Origin: Dehalococcoidia bacterium
GTDB taxonomy: Bacteria > Chloroflexota > Dehalococcoidia > GIF9 > AB-539-J10
Reading direction: 5' to 3'
NCBI GenBank assembly: GCA_034414555.1
Contig: DAOUMA010000008.1
Location: 11,039 to 75,038, forward strand
Length of the DNA: 64,000 nucleotides
The position numbers and the translations under genes are program-made. The notes below the pieces were generated by a model. That model was not told where the DNA came from. It saw nothing but the letters and a program-made list of their open reading frames with translations, and did not search any database. This document shows positions 10,577 to 17,768 of the stretch, piece after piece (positions within the stretch are counted from its first letter, which is position 1; the number at the start of each line of letters is the position of its first letter).

Positions 10577-10638
10577 TAGATATGAACTGAAAGCATCAGA
10601 GCTGATTGTTTAGCAAACCGCAAGTAGCCGAATAATAC

Positions 10639-10668
10639 TTGACACTAATTAGACATTTGTAATACAAT
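10639..10668 (+). promoter_or_regulatory. Sigma70-like promoter of brnT-brnA (TTGACA-18 nt-TACAAT)
   Basis: Perfect -35 TTGACA at 10639-10644 and -10 TACAAT at 10663-10668. The ATG at 10667 overlaps the -10 box, so it cannot be the start codon. Confidence 0.5.
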
Positions 10669-10687
10669 GTATTACAAAGAGGCTAGG

Positions 10688-10972
10688 TTGATTTTTATAA
10701 CATACCCATTAATTTGGGCTCAAGCAGTAGTGGATAAGATTTGGCAGAAACACCATGTTACTCCTGAAGAAGTTGAGGAGGCAATTTATGATGACAAACC
10801 GATTTGCCACAAAGGTACATCAAACTCATATTGTGTATATGGGCAAGCTGTATCTGGATGCTACCTATTCATAGTTTTGGGAAGGAGAGGCAGGAGAGCA
10901 CAATATAAAGTTATCACGGCTCGGGATATGCAGGATAGAGAAAAGCGATATTATCGCAAACATCGAAATTAA
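10688..10972 (+). CDS. brnT: BrnT-like (DUF497) type II toxin ribonuclease
   Basis: IWAQAVVDKIWQKHHVTPEEVEEAI matches the DUF497 N-terminal KHGVsfEEaeevF block. C-terminal KVITARDMQDREKRYY matches the RIISARkAtkkERkfY signature. Start moved to TTG at 10688 (AAAGAGG RBS at 10676-10682) because the annotated ATG lies inside the promoter -10. Confidence 0.55.
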   Translation: MIFITYPLIWAQAVVDKIWQKHHVTPEEVEEAIYDDKPICHKGTSNSYCVYGQAVSGCYLFIVLGRRGRRAQYKVITARDMQDREKRYYRKHRN

Positions 10973-10989
10973 GCGATATCAAAGTAGAG

Positions 10990-11550
10990 ATGCGAAAGGA
11001 GGGAAAAAGGAAAGTGGAGAAAAAGCTTATACCTCAGTTTGAGACAGAAGAGCAAGAAGCGGAGTATTGGGATTCACATAGTCCTCTCGATCTTGCCACT
11101 GAACCTAAGGCTCAAAAGGTGCGTGTGAGGGGTGTTAAAGACAGGCCGATAACAATTCGCCTTGATAGCAAAAGCCGCTCGAAGCTTGACAGATTAGCCG
11201 CTGAGCAAAGGCTTGGACCTTCTACCTTTGCTCGACTTATCCTTATGTCAGTAATTGAGCAGGGGAATAAGCTGCCAAAACACATAACTTTAGATGAGCT
11301 TAGGAAGATGCTGGAAGAGATTACGCCGCAATCGGTAAAGGATCGAGCTGACCTCCTTGCTAAAGAAGCAGCTATAGGTGATCCTGACAATCCGAGCTTT
11401 CTTATCCTCAACCAGTCTCAAATAAATGAATGGGGAGAACTTGGGTTGCAGGCTATCTGCACATTTCTTGAAATGTGTAATATTCATGTAATTACTCCTA
11501 AACATAGCGAATACAAGGAGGTAAAAACTCTTGTGCAGTCATACAAATAG
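10990..11550 (+). CDS. brnA: BrnA-like antitoxin (CopG/RHH) with ~85-aa C-terminal extension
   Basis: ETEEQEAEYWDSHSPLD followed by PITIRLDSKSRSKLDRLAAEQRLGPSTFARLIL matches the BrnA_antitoxin family pattern (E-E-FWDTHD ... itiRld ... YQtLI). Lies 18 nt downstream of brnT. Residues ~100-186 have no recognisable family. Confidence 0.55.
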   Translation: MRKEGKRKVEKKLIPQFETEEQEAEYWDSHSPLDLATEPKAQKVRVRGVKDRPITIRLDSKSRSKLDRLAAEQRLGPSTFARLILMSVIEQGNKLPKHITLDELRKMLEEITPQSVKDRADLLAKEAAIGDPDNPSFLILNQSQINEWGELGLQAICTFLEMCNIHVITPKHSEYKEVKTLVQSYK

Positions 11551-11568
11551 GATGGAGGTAGATTATCA

Positions 11569-11787
11569 ATGGCAATTCAATCCAGTCCCATTAAATTAGA
11601 AAAACGAACGCTACCAGGACAGCCTACTCAGTTTAGCCCTCCTCAGTTAGATGAGAGCTACTTCGAAAAATTGGCTGCCTTTGGCATTGCTTGTCTTGCA
11701 GCTGCGATTGTGGGTAAATTAACGATGACAATTTTATCCCCTCATCATAAAAGACAGTTACCAAATACCCTAGAGCAGCTAAAATAG
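11569..11787 (+). CDS. Hypothetical small protein with one predicted TM helix
   Basis: 72-aa ORF with a GGAGGT RBS 8 nt upstream of the ATG. Hydrophobic stretch AAFGIACLAAAIVGKL. No family recognised. Confidence 0.3.
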   Translation: MAIQSSPIKLEKRTLPGQPTQFSPPQLDESYFEKLAAFGIACLAAAIVGKLTMTILSPHHKRQLPNTLEQLK

Positions 11788-11815
11788 AACTGTAACGGCA
11801 TGATATTTAGGCAGA

Positions 11816-11827
11816 GGTTCAAATCCC
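11816..11827 (+). repeat. Second GGTTCAAATCC(C) tRNA T-arm-like fragment (imperfect direct repeat of 10552-10563)
   Basis: 12-nt ggttcaaatccc shares 11/12 with the tRNA-like fragment at 10552-10563. The flanks are only loosely similar and it does not fold as a T-arm. Confidence 0.2.
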
Positions 11828-12018
11828 ATAGCACCTACTATTCATACTGCTGCTCTTTTTAAGTCGTAAATTGGCAAGTTTCTGTAAATTTTGTTGTAGC
11901 TTTATGATGCTTATGGTATAAGACTACAGCCAAAGGTGAATTTCCTTTAGATGGCAGGCATTGTCACGCTTAAATCCTCTAGGTACACCAATAGAAAGGG
12001 AGATAATAGGAAGATTCT

Positions 12019-12993
12019 ATGAGAAAGAAATTTGTTGAATTGCTATTTGATGAATATGCTAAAAGTTTAACTGCGAGAAATCCCAAATTAAAGGATATGT
12101 TTTTATGCCCAATATGTATGCGCCCCTTTTACAGGGAATCCATAAATAACAAAGCTATTAGTATAGAACACATTCCACCACAAGCAATAGGAAGCTCAAT
12201 GAAAACGATAACATGCACAAAATGCAACAATGATATAGGTGCCAAGCTTCAGCCTCACATGAATAATTATGTTAGAGAAAAAGATTTATTGGCGGGCAGA
12301 GTACTAAAACCAATCCCAGCTAAAGTAGAAATTAATGGACGCACAATTCATACACGCATTACAGAGAATAAAGGGGGAGGCAATTGGACTGGGGTTAGTG
12401 TGAAAACTCAGTTGCCACCAGATATATGGCCTGAAAATGCTAAAAAATACGTAGGGAAAAAGGCCATCATTTCTTTGCAGATACCGGCTTCAAAAGAGAT
12501 TGTAGATGCAGCTTATTTGCATTCTACATATTTAGCATTATTTAGCTTATTAGGATATCCGTACATAATGCAGCCGTTTCTTGATCCGATAAGGAAAAAG
12601 ATTAATGATTACTCGTTGAAAAAAGGTATCGCACATAGGTTATTAATACCTAAGTTATTAGCTCCTAAATTCTTCCTAGACCCTAGAGACCGCAGAGTTG
12701 AAGTTGCGCTAATTTGGAATCGGAAAAAGATAGATATAAGCTGCCTTGGTGTGATAATAGCAGGTGAGATAGTATTGATGCCTTTCATAAGTGAATATTA
12801 CAAAGATATATATTTGGAGTTTTCATCATATCTGACTAATCTTCAAAAAGGTGTTAAGAGAAAGCTTCCATTTGGGGTTACCCCGTTAGAGATGCACCCA
12901 GCTTTAAAATACTCTATAGCTTATACATTTGAAGAGGGAAAAGAATTAGATGGTATGAAATCTCTCAGGTTAGTACCTCTGAAAGAAACTTAA
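12019..12993 (+). CDS. HNH (His-Me finger) nuclease-motif protein with zinc ribbon and uncharacterised C-terminal domain
   Basis: CPICMRPF ... ISIEHIPPQAIGSSMKTITCTKCNN fits the HNH pattern CxxC ... (D/E)HIxP ... CxxCN. The remaining ~230 aa have no recognisable motifs. The gene is visibly AT-rich (~35% GC) against ~50% flanks. Confidence 0.5.
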   Translation: MRKKFVELLFDEYAKSLTARNPKLKDMFLCPICMRPFYRESINNKAISIEHIPPQAIGSSMKTITCTKCNNDIGAKLQPHMNNYVREKDLLAGRVLKPIPAKVEINGRTIHTRITENKGGGNWTGVSVKTQLPPDIWPENAKKYVGKKAIISLQIPASKEIVDAAYLHSTYLALFSLLGYPYIMQPFLDPIRKKINDYSLKKGIAHRLLIPKLLAPKFFLDPRDRRVEVALIWNRKKIDISCLGVIIAGEIVLMPFISEYYKDIYLEFSSYLTNLQKGVKRKLPFGVTPLEMHPALKYSIAYTFEEGKELDGMKSLRLVPLKET

Positions 12994-13013
12994 ATCACCC
13001 TACCATCTACCTT

Positions 13014-13380
13014 AAAAAGCAAGAATATCCGGGGAAAGAAGCGGCTTACTTAAGCGCCAGGGAATCCTGAGCATTATTGCAGGAGCTGCCCAAGCAATTA
13101 TTGGCGGAATTATAACCGTTATATCAGGATTTAATATGTCTCCGCCTCCCAAGCCTTCCCGATTTTGGAGACCGGCTTAGCATCATAGGGATGATTCCGA
13201 CCGTAGCGGTTATTATTGGGTTAGCATTATAGTATTGGGCATAATAGCCATGATCAGCGGCATAGCGGCGATGAAAAGAAGCAGGTTCGGACTAGCTCTA
13301 GCTGGAGCCATCAGTGCCCTGCTATCAGGCACCCTAGGGATGCTGGCAGTTATCTTTGTGTCCTTGGCGGAGGGAGAGCT
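13014..13380 (+). pseudogene. Degraded multi-TM membrane protein gene (start-less, frame-broken fragments)
   Basis: Two hydrophobic Gly/Ala-rich reading-frame fragments in different frames (..GILSIIAGAAQAIIGGIITVISGFNMSPPPKPSRFWRPA* and ..LGIIAMISGIAAMKRSRFGLALAGAISALLSGTLGMLAVIFVSLAEGEL*). Neither has an upstream start codon or RBS. Confidence 0.2.
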
Positions 13381-13424
13381 TTAATAAGAATCAGCCCTCC
13401 CGAAGCATAGTTTTTGGCAATCAG

Positions 13425-13589
13425 CTAAAAGTAAGTGATAATTGCCAGTATACCCCACAGGATAAGCCAGATGCCCACCAGATAATTGAGTATCTTGGGG
13501 AAGATCATCACTATTATGCCGAAAACCAGACTAGCTATTCCGACAATTAAACCTACGCTGCCCTGCATAATAGCCAATATAGTAGCCAT
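13425..13589 (-). CDS. DUF3096-like small membrane protein (54 aa)
   Basis: Read by eye (below the ORF-track size cutoff): MATILAIMQGSVGLIVGIASLVFGIIVMIFPKILNYLVGIWLILWGILAIITYF. AGGAGGTGA RBS 9 nt upstream. Two-TM pattern with a PxxLxYxVG core as in DUF3096. Confidence 0.45.
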   Translation of the reverse strand: MATILAIMQGSVGLIVGIASLVFGIIVMIFPKILNYLVGIWLILWGILAIITYF

Positions 13590-13651
13590 AAGCTATCACC
13601 TCCTATATTTATTTAATGCCGAGCATTATATACCACATAAGATTGGGGGCA

Positions 13652-14616
13652 CTATAAGCCCCTGAGAAATTCAGGGCGAAGCCGGGAGGGGTCTCCTTCC
13701 ATCAATATATCTTCTAATTCTTGAATCATTCTTCGTTTGTCATGTGGCAATCTTCCTCGAACTGAAAAATAATTTGACGCATGCATCGAACTGAAAAAAC
13801 AATCAGTAAAGTTAGATTCTTCAATGATAGCTTTGAGTTCCTCTAAGGACTGGAAGGGGGAGATAGGATGAAATTCACCTTTCTGCCATTGTTCATAAAG
13901 TGGAGTGCCCGGGACTAAGGTTAAGGTTAGCGCCCCACCATAGTCAGGGTCAATCTCGGTAAGGATTCTAGCTGTTTCCAGATAGTGTTGGTCGCTCTTC
14001 TCTACTCCTCCAAGCCCTAAGATTACCGTGACCGAAGAAGTAATTCCGGCCTCCTTAACCTTCTTCCCTGCTTCAGCTACCTGGTGAGAATTTACCCCCT
14101 TGCCTATATTCTTCAATATTTCATCATCACCGCTCTCCACACCGGTGTAGAAGATAGTCAATTTGAGTTCCCTCAACCGATTGAGCTCATCCTGGCTTCG
14201 GCGCAAGATGTCCTGTGGAGTAGCATAGGTGCCAATCCTTTCCAGATGGGGAAATTTCTCATTAAGATATTCCAATATTTCCACCAAGCCTTTATAGGGG
14301 TAAACCAGGGCATCGCCATCCTGAAGAAAAATCCTTCTTTGGTCCCAATATTGGGCTATTCCATACACTATGCCGGGAATAGAAGGCAGAGTGACACCAT
14401 GTTCCATATATAGCGCCAAGGCATCGATTTCCTGCATTACTTCCTCAACTTTTCTTATCTTGAGTTTAGAACCATAGTAACCACAAAAGGCACAAGTATT
14501 ATTGGAACAGCCACCGGTGAGCGGCAAGAAATAACTTCGCCACTCGCTTGGCGGTCTGATAATTTCAGGCCTCTCAAATTTATCCTGCTTTGATGGCATA
14601 CCCTCACCCGCCATGG
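13652..14616 (-). CDS. Radical SAM protein with non-canonical Cx4Cx2C cluster motif
   Basis: PLTGGCSNNTCAFCGYYGS reads C-x4-C-x2-C directly from the DNA. A downstream glycine-rich GVESGDDEIL motif typical of radical SAM TIM barrels follows. Start placed at MAGEGMPS to limit overlap with the upstream ROK gene. Confidence 0.65.
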
Positions 14617-15596
14617 ATTGTTGAACCTTCAGCCAGGTTATCAAGGACAAAAGCCACCGCACCCAGTATGCTAGAATCGTCTCCGAGCAACGCCGGCCTG
14701 ATTTGAACCGAGGTGGCTGATGTCGCAAAGGCTCTTTCTTTAACCACCTTTATTGCCGGCTCAAACAGCAGGTCGCCTATCTTTGCTACACCGCCACCAA
14801 TCAAAATTAGCTCGGGGTTAAAAATGTTGACCAGATTAGTTAAACCCACACCGAGATAATATCCCAGGCGAGAAATAAGCTGGTTGGCTAAATTATCCCC
14901 CTGTTCTGCTGCCTCAAAGACAACTTTGGCATCGACTCTGGTTAAATCGCCACCAGCGAACTCAAGGATAGACGTGCTGACACCTTTTTTGATTTGCCTT
15001 ACTGCCTCCTTAGCTAAAGCGGTGCCCGAAGCCAGAGTTTCCCAGCATCCTATGTTGCCACAGTTGCAGCGTGGCCCGTTTACATCTATGGTCATATGTC
15101 CAATCTCACCTGCGGCTCCGAGGATGCCAGTATAAGGCTTGCCATTGCAAATGATGCCACCCCCGATGCCGGTGCTAACCGTAATGTAAATGAGGTTAGC
15201 AACTTGCTTCTTTACCCCAAAGCGCCATTCCCCCAAAGCAGCCAGACTGGCATCGTTTCCCAGATAGGTGGTGACATTAAACCTTTTATGGACAGCATCT
15301 CCCAAGAGCACTTCATGCCAGCCAGGAAGGTTAGGGGAGAAAATAACCTTACCATTCCTGGAATCTATAATGCCTGCCGCAGCGATGCCGATGCCAGCAA
15401 GCTGAGAAAGAGCGACATTACCTGAAGATACCGCCCTGTCAATGGTGGCATATATGTTATCTATCACAACCTGGGGACCAGCTTGAGCCGAAGTAGGGCT
15501 AGAGCCCCGAGAGATGACCTTCCCCTCTCCAGTGACAACAGCAGCGGCAATTTTAGTGCCTCCAACATCTACTCCGAGGACTAACTTATCGCGCAT
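14604..15596 (-). CDS. glk: ROK family glucokinase
   Basis: MRDKLVLGVDVGGTKIAAAVV N-terminal ATPase motif. ROK zinc motif CNCGNIGCWET. GHMTID catalytic region. Confidence 0.8.
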   Translation of the reverse strand: MRDKLVLGVDVGGTKIAAAVVTGEGKVISRGSSPTSAQAGPQVVIDNIYATIDRAVSSGNVALSQLAGIGIAAAGIIDSRNGKVIFSPNLPGWHEVLLGDAVHKRFNVTTYLGNDASLAALGEWRFGVKKQVANLIYITVSTGIGGGIICNGKPYTGILGAAGEIGHMTIDVNGPRCNCGNIGCWETLASGTALAKEAVRQIKKGVSTSILEFAGGDLTRVDAKVVFEAAEQGDNLANQLISRLGYYLGVGLTNLVNIFNPELILIGGGVAKIGDLLFEPAIKVVKERAFATSATSVQIRPALLGDDSSILGAVAFVLDNLAEGSTIHGG

Positions 15597-15677
15597 TGTT
15601 TTCCACTACCAACCTTCATACTATTTCGCCAATAACAAGCTTGTCAACAACATACTTAAACAGCTAAAATGCGATAA

Positions 15678-16893
15678 GATGATTGAATTTGAGCATATAA
15701 AAAAACTGTCACACTCATCTCCCTCCAAGATAGTGTTCTTGGTAATAGATGGCGTGGGGGGATTACCCCATCCCCGAACTGGTAAGACAGAGTTAGAATC
15801 AGCAAAAAAACCTAACCTGGATGAACTGGCCCGGAAATCGCTTTGCGGACTCATTGACCCAGTAAGCCCCGGAATTACCCCTGGTAGCACGCCGGGGCAT
15901 CTAGCACTCTTCGGATACGACCCTATTAAATATAATATCGGGAGAGGAATCACCGAAGCGATTGGAATAGATTTAGCACTAAAGAAAAGCGATGTCGCCG
16001 CCCGGGGTAATTTCTGCACCGTTGATGAGCAAGGAATTGTTGTTGATAGAAGGGCAGGGCGGATTTCTACCGAAGAAAATACTAAATTATGTCAATTATT
16101 AAAAGAGATTAGTTTCCCTGAAATTGAAATTATAGTATCTCCGGTGAAGGAACATAGATTCGTGCTCATTTTTCGAGGCGATGGGTTATCTCCCCAATTA
16201 ACCGATTCCGACCCCCAACAAACAGGATTAGCCCCCAAGAAGGTAGAGGCATTGTCCACGAAGGCAGAAAAAATGGCGGAGATTGCCAATAAATTCGTAC
16301 ACCAAGCCGCGAGATTGCTTCGCTCTCCCAATAACGTCTCCCCGGCCAACATGGTGTTATTGCGTGGATTTTCCCGCTATCCCGATATACCTTCCATGCC
16401 CGAGATCTATAAGTTAAAACCCGCGGCCATCGCGATATACCCCATGTATCGAGGTTTAGCTAAACTAGTAGGAATGAAGGTGCTTCACTCAGGAAACAAC
16501 ATAACAGACCAGCTAGAAAGCCTGCGCCGTAATTATAAAAAATTCGACTTCTTCTTCATCCATTTTAAGGCAACAGACTCCAGAGGAGAGGATGGGAACT
16601 TCGAGGCTAAAGTCCAGGCTATTGAGGAAGTTGATGCTGCGCTTCCCCTGTTGCTCAAATTAGAGCCCGATGTTCTAATTATAACTGGAGACCATTCCAC
16701 ACCAGCAGCCTTAGCCATGCATAGCTGGCATCCCGTCCCTTTCATGCTCCACTCTAAATGGTGTCGCCCTGATAGAGTGACCGAATTCTCAGAGCAAGCC
16801 TGCCTTGCTGGTGGCCTGGGAAGGTTCCCCGCTATAGAAATCATGCCGTTAGCTATGGCAAACGCTCTAAAATTAGACAAATTTGGTGCTTGA
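15678..16893 (+). CDS. apgM: 2,3-bisphosphoglycerate-independent phosphoglycerate mutase, archaeal type (ApgM)
   Basis: MIEFEHIKKLS...KIVFLVIDGVGG...KTELESAKKPNLDELA is the ApgM N-terminal signature. The 5' extension to 15514 in the ORF track overlaps the divergent ROK gene and is rejected. Confidence 0.8.
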
Positions 16894-16895
16894 AA

Positions 16896-17768
16896 ATGAA
16901 AATTAGAAAAGCAGTTATTCCCGCCGCTGGCTGGGGCACAAGATTTCTGCCCATTACTAAATCCGTTCCTAAAGAAATTCTGCCACTGGTAGATAAGCCA
17001 ATTATCCAATATGCCGTGGAGGAATGTGCCGCCTGCGGAATTGAATTGATAATCATAATAACATCCCAGGGAAAAGCAGCCATCGAGGATTACTTTGATA
17101 AGAGCGTAGGGCTGGAACATATCTTGGAACAAAGGGGGAAGGAAGATTTGTTAGCCAAAATATCTCACCTCTCCAACCTACCCAGTATCTGCTTTGTCCA
17201 TCAAAAGGAATTACTTGGATTGGGTCATGCTGTGCTCTCCGCTAAAGATGTGGTAGGCAAAGAGCCATTTCTCGTAATACTTCCCGATGACCTCTTTGAG
17301 CAAAGGGAGTTGGTGCTTAAGAAAATGCTGGACATCTTTGAACAATACCACGGCAGCGTTGTTGCCGTGAAGAAAGTAGAGCCGGACGAGATATCAAGAT
17401 ACGGCGTAGTCAAACCGAAAAGGATAGCAAAAGATGTCTATCAAATCATGGACTTTATAGAAAAACCGGAGCCGTCCCAAGCCCCCTCAAATCTTGCCAT
17501 AATGGGTAGATACGTGCTTATGCCAGAGGTCTTTGAAGAGCTACAATCTACTTCCCCCGGTGTAGGTGGCGAGATCCAGATAACCGATGGATTAAAGCGG
17601 TTGCTCCGAAGACAAGATGTATTTGGATATGAAATTGAAGGCGATTACTATGATGCCGGCACAATATTAGGGTGGATTAAAGCTACAATGGCGCTGGGAT
17701 TAAAACATCCGGAAATAGGCCCAGAATTGAAAGACTATTTGAACCACCTTGTCCGTGGCAAAGTTTAA
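16896..17768 (+). CDS. galU: UTP--glucose-1-phosphate uridylyltransferase
   Basis: KAVIPAAGWGTRFLPITKSVPKEILPLVDKPIIQYAVEE is the GalU signature. Start codon abuts the apgM stop. Confidence 0.85.
   Translation: MKIRKAVIPAAGWGTRFLPITKSVPKEILPLVDKPIIQYAVEECAACGIELIIIITSQGKAAIEDYFDKSVGLEHILEQRGKEDLLAKISHLSNLPSICFVHQKELLGLGHAVLSAKDVVGKEPFLVILPDDLFEQRELVLKKMLDIFEQYHGSVVAVKKVEPDEISRYGVVKPKRIAKDVYQIMDFIEKPEPSQAPSNLAIMGRYVLMPEVFEELQSTSPGVGGEIQITDGLKRLLRRQDVFGYEIEGDYYDAGTILGWIKATMALGLKHPEIGPELKDYLNHLVRGKV

Noticed and set aside
10440-10580. Possible intact tRNA or tmRNA gene at the tRNA-like 3' end
   Set aside because: No complementary 5' acceptor strand, D-arm or anticodon arm could be folded from the preceding 100 nt. 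The 260-bp gap is also too short for a ~350-nt tmRNA. Kept only as a fragment.
10667-10687. ATG at 10667 as brnT start
   Set aside because: This ATG lies inside the TACAAT -10 hexamer of a perfect TTGACA-18-TACAAT promoter, so it would not be on the mRNA. The TTG at 10688 with an AAAGAGG RBS is used instead.
13356-13550. 64-aa plus-strand ORF MCPWRRESFNKNQPSRS...
   Set aside because: It is antisense to a better-supported minus-strand DUF3096-like gene that has a strong AGGAGGTGA RBS, and it has no RBS or recognisable features of its own.
15514-15677. 5' extension of the apgM ORF (MTFPSPVTTAAAILVPP...)
   Set aside because: It overlaps the divergent ROK glucokinase coding sequence on the other strand. 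The ApgM family N-terminus begins at MIEFEH (15678).
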